The position numbers and the translations under genes are program-made. Shown here piece by piece: positions 14,485 to 28,545 of a DNA stretch of 64,000 nt. The stretch is from Kudoa neothunni (lineage: Eukaryota > Animalia > Cnidaria): contig OZ199838.1 in NCBI GenBank assembly GCA_964304625.1, positions 4,675,354-4,739,353 on the forward strand, written 5' to 3'. The notes beneath the pieces were generated by a model, which worked only from the letters and a program-made list of their open reading frames with translations, searched no databases and was not told the origin of the DNA. Numbering within the stretch: position 1 is the stretch's first letter; each line of letters starts with the position of its first letter.

Positions 14485-15028
14485 GCGTTTTCATAAGATT
14501 ACACAGGTGATGACTCTATCTCTAGCACTCGATAATTTGATCGCGCTTGGATTATATCTAACGGGATAAATATCTCTATAATTATTACATGTATTATGTT
14601 CTTATTTTACATAATACCTAGGCTAATGTGGAGTTTAGGCATGTAATTAATCTTCTGCGATTACGTTGGTCTTCGGCGTGCAGAATGTGACGGATATTAA
14701 TCTCATATTTGTGTTTATAATTTTACACTGGTTTCCCCTTTCTTCAAACTTCAATATTTTAAATGAAAAATAAAATTATAAGAGAGTTAAGAATAGCACT
14801 TAGCCCACAATGTTAAGGAATCTTTTTAATCCAAACTCACAAGCAGGTATTGTTCTGTTAGTACAGTAGGCAATCGATTCTCCGTACTGACCGATTTTAC
14901 GTTCGTTTGCTTTTTCGTTTCTCATATATAATTATTAGAGTTAAAAAATTTCTTTAAACTAAGATAATTTATTTTATGCAATTAAAATAAAAGTTGCAAG
15001 AGAAAAATAATTTATAAAAGAATTTTTA

Positions 15029-16317
15029 GGCAGTGGCCATCCTCATGAAAACGAATAACTTCTCCGTTATAGATGATATTTCAAATTTGATTTCATATTT
15101 TAATTGAACTATTTTTAATATAATTTATTATGTAAAAATTGTTTGAACATTTAAAGAATAAAAATTCAACACTTTGTCTGTCCTATTTACACTGTTCAAT
15201 AAGTACACTCACATTTTTTTAGCCTAATATAGTGTAATATAAACATTTTAGTTGAAATGAAATGTAAACATATCTAATGGTGGTTGACACCTTTAGTTTA
15301 ATACGTCTCAATGCATGCAGTTTAACTTAGAACAAGTCACTTACAATCATTTACGAAACATGTACGTTTCTATCTAAACCTTTTTTAATATAAATTTAAA
15401 AAAATTGTCGTTAATTAATGGATATTAATTGGATTAGAACTATTTTACATCGATGTAAACAACTTTTCATATGTATCTATAAGATTGTACCATAATTTGG
15501 GGGAATTTTTGATCTTTTGTCACTACAAATGTATTTGCTTTAATCAGGAGTATGAAAAAGGTTTTCATGGTGCCTATTTGTGAACACAGATCCTATAAAT
15601 ATAAATACAGGAACCTATGAGTTTAAATTTAAGAATAAACCTATACTTTTTAATTTAAACTCATTTATCAATTTTTAACAAGCAGGGTGATTCTGAATTT
15701 TCTGCATTAATTCCTCTGGTTATGTCTCGATGGGTAAATTAATTAAATGAAAATTGTTGAATGGTGATTTTTGTGGTACCTTTGCTTTGACTTTGGTAAA
15801 GCGAGCTGATGAAGAAATGTAGTAAGTATTTAATAAACAATGTTGGAGTCAAAATAACGGTTAATTCGTGCTCGAGTATTTTCAATTGTTCTGAAAAATT
15901 TAATTTTAAGATTGCAAACATTTGTTTTCTGATACTGAGGAATGTGTAAATTTAATAGTTCAGAAAAATCAATTTTCACCCCAATGATAAATTGATCAAC
16001 TTATCCATTAGCCATGGTTATTTAGTTGTGTGCTTAAAAAAACTTCTCCCAAATAACCACATTCGAAATTTTAACAGTAAAATAATAATAATTGTTGATA
16101 AAGGGTATGGGTTTGAGCAAATCAATTTAACAGCGCTTCATAGGAAGCAATAATGACACCACCGTTCAGACTTATTCCATGCAAGTGGTATTTTATATCT
16201 TGCGAAATTTTAAATTTCTCTTCTCCAACCGAATGTAATGTATAAACTTGTTCCATAGATTTTGGTTATTTCAAAATTCTTTAAAACTTAGAAATAGTCT
16301 CACGAAATAGAACGTCC
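15029..16317. repeat. About 1.29-kb truncated copy of the long-TIR element at 30505-32168, in inverted orientation
   Basis: Reverse complement of about 30881-32168 with only scattered substitutions. ORF-track entries 15739-15921 and 31276-31458 differ at 2 of 60 aa. Confidence 0.92.
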
Positions 16318-16329
16318 CATAATCAAGTA

Positions 16330-16720
16330 TTTTTCAAAAGATTCATCAGGTTAACTATTATCTCTCAATAAACGAATAATTTATCTTTCAATGTCAAACT
16401 ACAAAAGTATTTCGGTTAAAAACCACATTGTCGAAAATGATAACGATCTAAATACATAACCACCAGATTTTCTTCAATTTATTTTAAAAGATAAAGAACT
16501 TTTTAAACGTTGATAATTGTGAACATGATTATATTATGTAAATAGAAAATATTTTGTCTGAGCATGCATCAAAAAATATGGAAAATCGATTACCTACTGT
16601 ATTTACAACAATCGGTGTCAAAAACTCCGTGAGCTAATTAATTTACTCATTGATGAAATCCATATATAGAGACAACTGCGACCTTTTCAATAATTTCTCT
16701 GGTCAATTGAACACATTTCA
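16330..16720 (+). pseudogene. Possible P-element/THAP9-like transposase relic
   Basis: Only a short INLLIDEIHI motif at about 16637-16666; the rest is heavily decayed. Confidence 0.25.
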
Positions 16721-18892
16721 AAGTTTTTAAAGATTTTTTAGTGGAAAGTTAATAGAAACTATTCAGTTGTTATCGAAATGGAGATAATGTAGTATCAAAA
16801 ATTTCACTAACTATTTATTATATTCGTCACTAGCAGTATACCAATAGTAAATCTTTTTTTTTGAAGCTATGATTTTTAAGTTTTAGAACTAATTACGATC
16901 TTCAACTGTTTAAGAGTGATTTCCTGCATAGGTAGAATTAGAAACTTTAGGTATACCTTTCTAGAAAAGTGTTTTATTTAAAAGATTCGAGTTTCGAGGC
17001 TGCATCATAGAGTTGTTCAAGTATTAATACGATTAAATAAAGAAACCCTACGATGTGTGACTTTTTTAAATTGAAATAATCAATAAAAATAACTCTATTT
17101 GTTTATTGACTTACTTAGGGACTATATATATATCCACTTACCTTTATCTCATAATTTTAACACTTGCATGTGTGCGAAGGATTAAGGATAAATAATGTGC
17201 GTGTGACGTACCTGAACTCTACAGTGACCCATTATTAAAAAATACTGATCTCAATTTTATACAAGATTTGAACACATTTGAGAAAAAAATAAATTTTTCG
17301 TAGAGCAACTACAATGAATATGTGAATAATCAAATGTAGTCATATATTTTTAAATGTTTCCATATATAAGTCATTTATTTGTCTAATGCAATTTAAATAA
17401 ACTGAGTTAATGTCATTGCTTACAATATCAATTTGTATTTCTAAAAGAAATACAATGTATGAAGACTTAAACATGCGGGTTAGAACTTAAAGAAAAAATC
17501 AGTTATGGACGGAAAATGAAGTTCGTTAGTAAATATTGTTTATTATCAAATAAAATACTTCTTTTCTATCTATAACAAAAATTATTGTTAAACGATTACC
17601 TTTTGAACTTTCAGCAAATTTTACTTTCTATGGAACTTGAAGATAAAAAAATTAAACAGAAATATAATTTTGAGTTCACCCATTAATATAAACCCCCTAT
17701 GGTAGTTCAAACTTTTTATTGTTATTATTATTAAATCGTTTTTTATGAGGCTTAAAGTCATTATTTTTTCTAATTTTTTTCTGTTTTGTGGCGAAGATTA
17801 TTAATATTAAATTAGCACGAAACTCCTAATTTCGAATATCATTGATCATATAAAAAAATGTTTGCATTTTTTTCAAGCATATCTCTAACTATGCCAAATT
17901 GTAAATGTATCATCCATTAGAAAATATTCACGTGTATTGAGGAAACGTTCGATGACAAAATTATGATTTCAATCAGATTAATGGGTCTTATGGATTTATC
18001 AACAAAATTATCATAAAATTCAAAAGCTGTATTAATTAACTTCGTCTTAAAAGTTGTTACGTATTTTAACTTCTGTTCTAAAGCTTTTATTTAAAATTGA
18101 TTTATTCTGACAATAATGATTTAAACATTTTCTTTATCATTTTCTATTATAGTACCTACATCTTAAAATATTATTCCATGCTACTTTTTCCATCGATCAC
18201 AGCATAATTTTTCAGAACCAAGATGTAATTTTTGTGATGATAGGATGTTTTATATATGGCGTTAAAGTAGCGAACAGGATCGGTAAAATAAGCAGAAACA
18301 TACAGATTTACTTACAGATTCATTTTATTTTTAAAATTATACAACAGTTTTTATTGATCTAAATTTATTTTTAAACATGGAAAAGGTATATTTTATCAAC
18401 CCTTTAATGTCCCAATGCTATTTTAGTGCACAATCATTATTCAGTTTATGAAACGTTAATTATTGAACTCGTTGAGCAGTAACTCGTGCTTTATGAAATA
18501 TTTTAACATTTTTTCTTGATATGACATAATATAAAAAACAATAAAACATACAATATTTTATTGCAACTTTGTTTTTATCATTTTCGATAATAAAAGTCAC
18601 GCTGTTGTTTCGCTTCTAAACAATAAAATTTGATTAAGATAATGAAACATAAAAAATACATGTTTGAGAATTAATTTAAAATAAATTAAAAAAATAAAAC
18701 ACCATCAACACATGATCATTAGAACGGCCACTAAACACCTGCGATAAATTTATTTTAAACAACATGGATGAAGACGTTAAATCCTTAAAATTAAATAATG
18801 AGCAAAAAATCATTCAAGTGTTTTGTTTCCGACGTTTACTTGTCAGATCCTGATTTGGTTTCATGTGATGATGAAAAACTCAATGAAATTAA

Positions 18893-21141
18893 CCCTCCAA
18901 GCATGCTAAAAATGACTATACACCAAGCACTTTGGTGGTCCAGAAGGATCCCAAATTTTTATTTTTTAGTTTGATACGCAATATTATGAAATATAATTAT
19001 ATTATTTTAAAATGTTTTTTTACCGAAGCGACAACAAAATAATCATAATTTATTTGTGTGATGATGGTAGTCGATGTCTCCCGAACACTTATTTATTAAT
19101 TTTACATGTTTAAATATCAACGAAATTATATTTTAATATACAAAATAATCTTTTCACAACATTATCTAGATACTAAAAGGATAGTTGGATTTTCAAAAAT
19201 TCTGATAAAATCCGAAAATACCTATGTTCACTTGTAACAACATGATTCTAATTTTACCGATTCTTATAATTTCTAAATAAAATTTTTTGAAATGATGTAA
19301 AAAACAATATAACCTAATAGATATTCATAAAAAAATAGACACATATACTGTTGCGAGCTCATCTAGAGGCCAATCGCTCATAATAAAATATGGATGAGTG
19401 ATTAATGATCAAATAATTGATATAGTTCTTAACTAAGCTACAAAGTTTAAAATATTATTAATTCAAAATATAATATGTAACATAATAAATTTTACTGGTC
19501 ATTTTTTGTTTCCGTTTCTAACAAGTAATTCTCGAACGTTTGTTGCAACGACGTTCGGAGCAATAATAACATTTGTTCTTTATTTTTATATCAGAGAGTC
19601 GAACGCATAAAATACCCTTTTTCGTAGTGGGCGGGACACTATCTGCCATATCCACAAACCTTTAGTTTTGTTATAATCGACAATAACTTTGGGATTTTTG
19701 TCTGATCATGTTATAAATTAATATTGTTTGAGGACGTCGCCAATAAAATGACCGCGTTGTCTTTGGTAGGAAAATTGAACTAAAAAACTCCCCCTATTCC
19801 TTGGTTTTAAGAATTAATGAGATATTCCGTTCGTTACCTCGGATAGTCTCCAGAAGGATTAAACTTAGGTTAAGAAGTTGGTTTGCCAACGGAGTCGAAG
19901 TGGAAAAATTATCGCAAAAAATGTTTCTACTAGCCTCTTCAAGTGCGACGAGAGCTCTAAAACAACCTTTTCATCAACACACTTAGTAATTTGGTCATTG
20001 TTTCTTCCAAAATAAACGAAAATATTACGTGTATAATTGGTATGAGGCTCAGTTAAAAGAAAAAATTTAATGACATAAACTGCACGTTTGGAGGGAATAT
20101 ACAGCGTAAAGGAACACCTGCCCCTCAATGAATCTAATTGTTCATCAACAATAAGATGAGCAGAGGGAATAGACACATCGGCAAAATACTTTTCCACCTA
20201 CTGAAAACTTCGGTTACCGGGAAAACTTTTCGACTTCTCATCGCAAACTATTGTCTCGCAGTCATCAAAGTGTACATTCCTGTTTATTTGGATGAATCTA
20301 TAAAGCAGCATGATTCTACGAAGTAAATAATGTCCTCTATCCAAGCTCCACAATTGCTTAAAAAACTCCATTTTATATTTAGATATTGACATATATTTAA
20401 GAATTCCTATGTATGGTTTATATTTCACTATATTTTGATTTTCCATTTGCATCCGTAATGAAATGCACCAAATTTATTAATGTGAGTAATGGCAGAATTG
20501 AATATTTCATCATCAAAAAGATGGAAAAACTATCATATAAATTGTAAATTCAGGATGTTACAAATGCAGTCAGACCTAGAGGTTTGTTTAAGATGTTTCC
20601 TTCCTTGATTTTTGTATTTGAAGGCGCAAATGAAGATCATAACACATTGTTTTTGACCGTACACGTGTTAGTGATGCCATAATCATCTGAAATATAACAA
20701 TGAGATAAATAGAAACATTATTCAATAATATCTTCAATTTCACTGCAATCAGAACCATAAGTTGTTAGAAAACCACCCTATAACTCTTCCATTTCTAACG
20801 ACCGAAAACAATCGGCATCACTTGATCAACATCGGAAACATAAAACTTGATTTTTCTCAATATTTAATGGATGTAACCTTTCAAAATTAAAATATTTTAT
20901 AATTATACAAAAGTATTTGTAAAATAAAAAAGTGGGGTCCTCCTGGACTCCAAAATTGCTTGGTATAAGTACTTGACATAAAATCCTAGAAAAAATCCTA
21001 ATTTGAAAACTAAATTATGAATATATAGAAACTTTTAAAAGAATAATGATTGGAACCAGCCAATTTAACGTTTTCAGTGAGCAGTGAATTGAGATTAAAG
21101 TCGGTCTGGGGTCCATTTGGACCCCAAAAGTGCTTGGAAGG
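18893..21141 (-). mobile_element. Inner piggyBac (PGBD4-like) element inserted at TTAA, decayed transposase
   Basis: TTAA-CCCTCCAAGCA and TGCTTGGAAGG-TTAC ends, with subterminal GGGGTCC..GGACCCC palindromes. ORF 19865-20197 reads LIVDEQLDSLRGRCSFTLYIPSK. Cys-rich tail at about 19530-19620. Confidence 0.85.
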
Positions 21142-22360
21142 TTACGGTTAAACGATAATATTTGTGTTCCCTCGTCCGATAATTTTGAGTCTGATAGTTA
21201 TAATAATACAGGCTTCAAATGGACCAACTATGGGTCTTGGATCAGTATACCAAATAATGTCATTATTGTGGATGATTTCCAGGTAGTGGTAGTGAATGGA
21301 TTGCTACATCCTATCAACTGCTTCAAATTCTTCTTTAGTAAAAAAATGATTACATTGATCACACACAAAACTAATATTTATATAGCCCAATGTGGCATAC
21401 ACTCTGTTACAGATATTGTCGAAATAAGAAAGTTCCTTGGTGTACTAATATTGACGGGAATTGTTAGGATGCCTCGTTACCGCTGTTACTACAACAAAGC
21501 ATCAGATTACTAAAATATCCCAAACGTCTTCTCTAGAAACTCATTTGATAAATTTTCCAGATCGATTCATTTTACGAACGATGAAAACATAATCAGCGAC
21601 CAAAATTCATCAACATACGATCGGTTCGTAAAAATCAGACCCTTTTAGATTATCTACGAGGCCAATTTTTAAAGGTTAAGTCGGAGATTAACAATTCTAA
21701 TGATGAGAAAATGACATTATTCAATGTGAAATGCAATGAGAAACAATATCTTCCCAATAAACCAATGAAAGGAGGTATTGAAATTTTCGCATAATATGGA
21801 GTCAAAGGTTTTGCCTATGATTTCCCATTATATAATGTAAAACTCCCAGAAGTTTCTCAAACTTTTGATCAAGTATCCGGTAATTTTGTTGTCAAATTAT
21901 GTGATAGTCTTCCAAGTTCTAGAATCTTTTGCGTGCATTTTGACAATTTATGCACATCCTTTTAATCGCATTAGTTATTGAAGGAATGAAATATTTACTC
22001 TGTTGGAATCATAATCAGGAACAGAATTAAAAATTTCCCATTAATACAAAAAAAAAGATCGCAGTCCATATGAATGTTCTCACGATATTGAAAATGAAGT
22101 TGCGCTGACTCAATGGTGCGTCGAGTCTGTGGTTACACTTTGCTCTACGCATTTTTTCTCATAGTCCATTGGTAGGATAAAATAACCATTATCATAGATT
22201 GTCCTTCTGTTGTTTCCGAGTATAACAAAAATATAGGGGAGTTCGAATTATCTGATATGCTTATGACATCATAAAAATTACATTACAAATGTCGTAAAAG
22301 CCATACGAGGATATTCCTTTAGGGGCTAAATACTGCTATCACCAAGGCTTATGTATTATA

Positions 22361-24826
22361 TCGTCGTAATTCTACGTTACGAAGAACCACCAACAATGAA
22401 TTACAGTAAGGCTTCGATATGCTCGATATGGGGGGAGGGGTTTGGGGAATGTAATTCGCCACGCAATAGCAAGCCCCCTATATCCATGATTCGCGCATGC
22501 ACACACATATACATAATATTTTTCTTGTTGACGAAATAACTACCTATTTTAGTTTGTTTCTTTTTCTTTTTAAATATTTCGTATGTGTTCCATGACGGAG
22601 TGTGGAGAGAGAGGAAGTTGAAGGTTTTTCGGTTATAAAGACCTTTCTAATTATGCTGATCGAGGCTTTTAGCTGTTTCGTTGAAATTGTTTCTCCTTTC
22701 AAATCACAATCGGGGTCTTCAATACAAATAAAATTATTTAATTTTCTTGTGTCGCAACTATCAGATCCATCATCATGAACAATTTCAGACTCTTCCATAG
22801 CGTCTACGTCATCGAGGTCATCTAATACAATCAAACCAGATAAGCAACAATTGATACCATTAATAATTTCATTATTTTCACAATTGTAATCAATTAATGA
22901 TTTTTCTTTATGTATAATAAAAATTTTGAACACAACAAAAACATCATTACCGAAAATAGGTGAATTCTTGAAACAATTTATTATTGCTGAATTACTAACT
23001 ATTTCACGAGCATTTTTTAATGCATTTAGGCAATCTAGTATGACCTATTTCGGAATATTTGTGACATCATTGTTAAATATAAGATTTTGGGCCAATATTT
23101 TTATGTAGTTTGCCTTAAGATTACGAATAATACCGCGATCCATTCGCTGCATGATGCTGGTAGTATTTTTTGGTAGAAATAATAATTTGATGTTTCTAAC
23201 TGAATTAATTGATTGAGGGTGAAAAGGGCATTGATCTAATAGCATTAGAACATTTATACTGTCTCGAATAAATTTATTATCCGAATCTTTAGTATCTCAT
23301 GGAAACTGGTTGTTGTCATCCAACCATTTTTTGAGCGAAATATCTGCAGGGAAAATCATTCACCCCTTTAAAGAAATGGTTTTTGAAACTTACCAATAAC
23401 ATAAAGCAGAAGTTCTTCTCCTACCAAAGATGTAGTTACCAATACGGTCACTGTTTTTTGATCGTTTACAGCCCCTCACTTCGATTTCGTCTTTTGTTGT
23501 ATAAGTACGTGTGGGAAGTTGTTCGTAAAAAAGAATAAATTCGTCAAGGTTACAAATATTTTCTTGAATGTAATTATTTATTACATCCGAATATTGTCCA
23601 ATCCATTCATTAGCTGCCATCACATCGGCATTACCTGTCTCTCCGTGGAGTTTTTGATTTTTCAAATTGAACCATTTTTTAAAATTGCAAAACCACCCAT
23701 TACTGGAATGAAAATCTTTGACTTGAAGATTATTTTCTTTCTGCATCGCCTTTCCTTTAATTATAGATTTTGAGATATTTCTCTTTTTTTCTCGCATGCT
23801 TACAATCCAGTTATACAACTCATTCTCAATCTGAGTGTATTTTTCCCAAGAAACTCGTATTCGATCAATTGAAACGTTTGAACTAATAAGTTCATCTTTT
23901 TTTGATAATATTCTATCGAGAGAGGAATGACCTATTTTGGTTAATTGAAACCTAGAATCCAGTTATTACTTGGAAAGTTAAAATGCTTCATTGCCATCAT
24001 TATTTATTGAAGGTCAAATATAGGATTAACTAGCGCAAAAGCCCCGCTTCGCTTTGGCTTCCTTGCCTGACCAAGGTCATTTAAAGTTCAAAGTATATTA
24101 AGAGTATTTAGATCAATAGTACAAAGAGTACCCGATTAACGGATAATTTATTTAACAAATAAGACGTATGGACCTTATTTAATATTTCCAAGAACGAATA
24201 AACACTAATGAGCGTTTAAAATTTCTTCTTTAGAGCTCCTAAAAATCGATTTTCTCATTATTGTTTGCAGTAATCTCTAAATCATACCATATGAAAAGGA
24301 CTAATCTTGTTAAACATCAGCAAATGAATTTCATATTAATGCTTGGCTACATAGCATAAGATTACCCTCTTTATTTGAACTATTTAAATTATTAAATTAC
24401 GTTTCAATAATTTTAAAGTAAATGAAACACTATGGTACATTTAAAATTAACTTTTTATAACGTTAACGAAATGACCTATATGTTTGCACAAATCCTCAAA
24501 TCAAACTAATTATACCACATGAAAATGTTTTTAGTCATATTGCAGGATGCAAATCTTTTATAACTTTTTACGTATTTTTCTGTGTTAAAATAAAATTTTA
24601 TCTTTCCATACATGTGCTCGAATGGACCGATATGTCTCTCTATAAAGATTGAAAAATGCTTACACACTGACACACACACACACGGATGACCGGTTTGCTT
24701 TATATAGTAGAGATGGGATTATTTCATCTAAAAAGCCGCGCAATAACGAGACCACCGATTTCCATAGTTTTGAATTTGATTGAACCAAAAATTAATAATC
24801 ACATTTCTAAACATGTAAATATTAAA
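22361..24826 (-). mobile_element. pogo/Tigger (CENP-B HTH + DDE_1) element, decayed, inserted in the outer piggyBac
   Basis: ORFs 23390-23818 (FHSSNGWFCNFKKWFNL...NLDEFILFY) and 23045-23245 (LLDQCPFHP...FLPKNTTSIMQRMDRGII), plus an acidic tail at 22544-22933. Confidence 0.85.
24030..24713 (-). mobile_element. Non-autonomous Helitron
   Basis: Minus strand starts TCTCTACTATATAAAGC followed by (TG)n, and ends in a GC-rich hairpin-like tract ...GCGAAGCGGGGCTTTTGCG-CTAG. It sits between A and T with no TSD. Confidence 0.8.
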
Positions 24827-25778
24827 TAGAAGACTTTGTTGAGACTTTTTAAGTTAGACAATACCGAAAAATCTTTAACTGCGCAATATCGAGGCCTTAC
24901 TGTCTTCGACTTAATGTCATTTACAAAATTAATGTGTGAGTATTTGATTTACTATAAAAAATCAACCATTGCGAAAAAGCGTGGGTGTCCTTCGCTCGAT
25001 ACATCAAGAAATGTAGGTGATTCTTGTTAAATTACTCTAATTAAAACCAACGAAATACTTTTTTTTAATGTGGTTAGGTTTGACAACGTTGGTCTTTACC
25101 CGAAATAAAAAAAATGGATATCGACTGCGTTAACGAAGAGCACAGTTTACCCGTATTAAATGCAAATATCTATGCTGCATTAAAAAAAGGAGACTTTTCT
25201 CATGCATCATAATAAATAAAATTACGTCTGATTAATGAAAATTTGTTTGGTCGCATATAAATAATGGTGATTCTAGTTAACGTAATAAAATATGTGGAAA
25301 AATCATATTTAAACAGTAATTTTAATTTAAAAAAAAAGATATGAAATAAAAATTTATTTGTATGGTCACTATTTTTTAATTGGATTTTAATTCGTATTCA
25401 CCTACAAGCAAATCTTATAATTTTATTATTAATCAATATTATTGTTATAATTTTGATTTACTAATACCCCCTATATTGAATATTAGTTTTCTCATTGAAA
25501 CCTATCATTATTTGAATAATTATAATTTTTGGTTGTTGAAATCTACAATCAATTAAACACAAGAGGGATAGCAACGCATAAATACAATAAGAAACGAATC
25601 ATAATAAATCTAAAATCAAGTCATATACCATAGTATACAATAAATGAATAATAATCACAAAAGAGGTTGCAACAATGGTTCATGTTAATAAGAATTACAG
25701 AGCAAGAAATTTCAAAATCGATCTATATAAGGTAAAGTTCAAACGAACCGGAAATTTATGGATGGATTAGTGAATGGT

Positions 25779-28545
25779 TCAGCTGTTTCTAGGGAATGGC
25801 TGATTGGAAAAGGATTTCAAATCGTTGGTTCTGTTGTCGTTATTGTTATAAAAATTTGGCCTTGAAAGGTTGGAATCATATACGAATTGGGTGGGTGGTT
25901 TTGAGGGTTGCGACGAATAGTGGCTGGGTGTGTTACTATGCGATTGGGTGTATGGGCTGTTTTGGGAAGAGGAGACACTTAAACCAAGGTTGTTCAAGTT
26001 ATGCATGGCATTATTGGTGGCGGGTTGTGACGGAGAAAACATAGTAGCAGACGAATTAGAGTTGAGATAGTTTGTCCAATTGTTGATCAAAGAGTTGGCA
26101 GCCGACTTGATCGAGTTGTCAAAGCTACTAGAGGGATTGACTATACAGCCAAGTTGATTCATAACAATTTTGCCAACAGAATCGGTATTTGTAAGCGTTG
26201 ATGAAGCCTGGGCCTCCGCTACAAAATATTTATTGTAGATGAGCGTCATACCATTTGAGGTTTTGCTGACGGCGCTCAAAATGCCAATCACACAAGAGAT
26301 CACTCCAGCATCATCGCTGAAGAGCAATTGCGTAAGCGAGTCCAAAAACTCGGAGGTGACAACAGTATTAATAATTTCATACGAGTTTCTACCGCTACAA
26401 CTGCCCACAAAAATAAACATCAAAATTATAGCATCTTCTATAAGTTTATTATAGAGAGAGATTTGTTTTGTCAATTCTTTGTTGGAATCCTTGCTGGTTG
26501 CATCATTGGTTAATGCATAGAATTGTTTGATCATTTCAATCGAATATCGTAATATATTTGTAGTCTTCTGAGCAACTTGTAACGAGAAGAAATCATTCAG
26601 AGACGACTCATTATTGATGATCACATTGGAGATCACTGACATGGTTGCCTTTTTGAGATGGGGAAAAAAATCATCAGCACTATCATTGAACAACAGATTG
26701 AGGCAGTTGGATAGGAATTGGAAACAATTCAACGATTTCAATGTGGCAATGGCATGATCAACAAATTTGTGTTGCGATGTGATATTGCGAAGAACATACA
26801 TTGTCGGTTCGATAATTTCTTTGAAGGCGTAGGCGGTGGAACACAAAGTGACCAACGCTTCCAACCCTCCAGATCTGACCAATGTTTCTTTGTTGTCTTG
26901 ATTGTTACAAGTGAGGTTAGCAAGAATGCCCACCGCACAAGCTACCAACGACGGTTCTGAGATAGATTTGGTTGGATGGGATCCACTTGTCTTATCCCTA
27001 TCTTCATCGCCTTTATTATCGACAGTAGTGGTGGGATTCGATTCCTTGGTAGCAGTTGACAAATCGCTAATTTGGACATGAATAAATCGGGTACATATGA
27101 CCAAGAGTTCTTTAAGATTGTGATCATTTCCACAGACATCAGAAAAATTTCGAAGCGCCCACAACGATGTACATGCAATTCTTCTACTTTTGTTCAATAA
27201 CAACTCTGTTAATACTGGCATTATATTTTGTTGGAGAAGAGCCATTTTGGAGGGGTTATTAGTTGATAATGATTTCACAAATCGACAAACCGTAAAAAGT
27301 AATTTTTCAAATTTATTTGTTCTGAGAAGATACACCAATTGTGCATGTAAATCTGTATTTAGCGCACTGATTAGAACCTGGGAATTTCCAATTGAAAGAA
27401 AATGCAACACATCCGCAACCAATGTAACGAATTTGGGGTTTTTCACTTTTAATAATGGAACAATTTTATCAAAACAATTAGTTTCCAAAACATGACTCCT
27501 CAATTCGGGAAATTTGACCAACAGTGTATGAACCGTAGCTACAGCATAGAATGCCGTAGCTTCTACCGACGAAATTGTCAGTTCGCAGATCACTTTGATG
27601 GCGTTTGAAGTAGCAATGTAATGATTTACAAATACATCGCTGGTCATCAAATGATAGATGATAGCAGTACAATAACGAATCACATTTGGATTGTTCTGTA
27701 AACGTATAATCGCATTGACAAGCGCACCACTCAAATCAGTATTCCCACAAAGCACATATCTGCAAGCTTCCTTCTTTGATAACAAATAGATCAGATAGGC
27801 AGCTCGCGACGCTTCACTATCAGGTGCGGTGTTCAGAATATTGATCGCTTGTGGTAGGCAGTTGAACGCTCGCTGTGCGTCGGTTTCATAATTGACTATC
27901 TTGGAGACATTTCCACACAACATACCAACGAGCGACTCAAGTTGCGACAGATTTGAAGGCTGTCTATTCATCTGAGCATTATTCTGCTGTAGATATGCAG
28001 ATGTATTGTTGTTGTTCATGTCTGTAACTAAATTGACTCGTTTAGAAAACAAAGTAAAAATTTATGCAACTACTAGGTTGAGTTTGAGTCACGTTAACAA
28101 AATTGTTACCACATAAATTGGGTGCACTAGCGTTTTGAGGAAATATATTCGGCCTAGGCATCCCCGAACTTATAGTTGGATGTCCTTTGCTATTGGTGGA
28201 ACCAATAGTAGATATAAAATTGGTCAGATTTTTCATCTGATACATTGTGCTATTGTTGTAGTTGTTAATAACTGGATCCGACGAAACATTATTCAATGGG
28301 GCTGCATTACAGTCAACACTAGCAGCTGATACCATTCCGCTGTTAAAAGCGCTCCATTCCCAGTTGCCAAGACCGGCTGAATTATTGCATGCGGTGCTGT
28401 TATACGATGAACCGCCTCCCATTTGACTGCCCATATTTGTGTTACTGCTGCTGGAGAAATTTAACGTAGGTAACATATAATCGTTGGGATTGATGTTCAT
28501 GAGCAAGGATGCAAAATCGATATCATATCGATTTGGCATATTCAT
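25779..28545 (-). CDS. CTNNB1: Divergent beta-catenin/armadillo; at least 2 exons, 5' end unresolved
   Basis: Armadillo motifs align to beta-catenin: IVNYETDA (INYQDDA), LSKKEACR, FYAVATVHTLL, EKLL, LWALRNFSD and CAVGILANLTCNNQDNK. ORFs 28042-28545 and 25779-28052 join through a 46-nt GT-AG intron at 28028-28073. Confidence 0.9.

Larger units (their letters stand above)
18400..25220 (+). mobile_element. Outer piggyBac (PGBD2/3-like) element, decayed and split by nested insertions
   Basis: Left end CCCTTTAATGTCCC. Acidic N-terminus at about 18764-18888 resumes at 21145-22360 (FLGVLILTGIVRMPRYR..., KQYLPNKP, FDNL, AITKAYVLY) and again at about 24827-25215 (KRGCPS..VRFDNVG, Cys-rich tail). Confidence 0.75.

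Noticed and set aside
14500-14930. GC-richer sequence upstream of NIFK as extra exons or a divergent gene
   Set aside because: No open spliced model was found on either strand, and NIFK is complete without it.
15739-15921. Duplicated 60-aa ORF (also 31276-31458) as a gene
   Set aside because: It is a chance ORF inside a repeated non-coding element.
25796-28329. Short ORFs antisense to or overlapping beta-catenin
   Set aside because: They are shadow ORFs of the long coding region.
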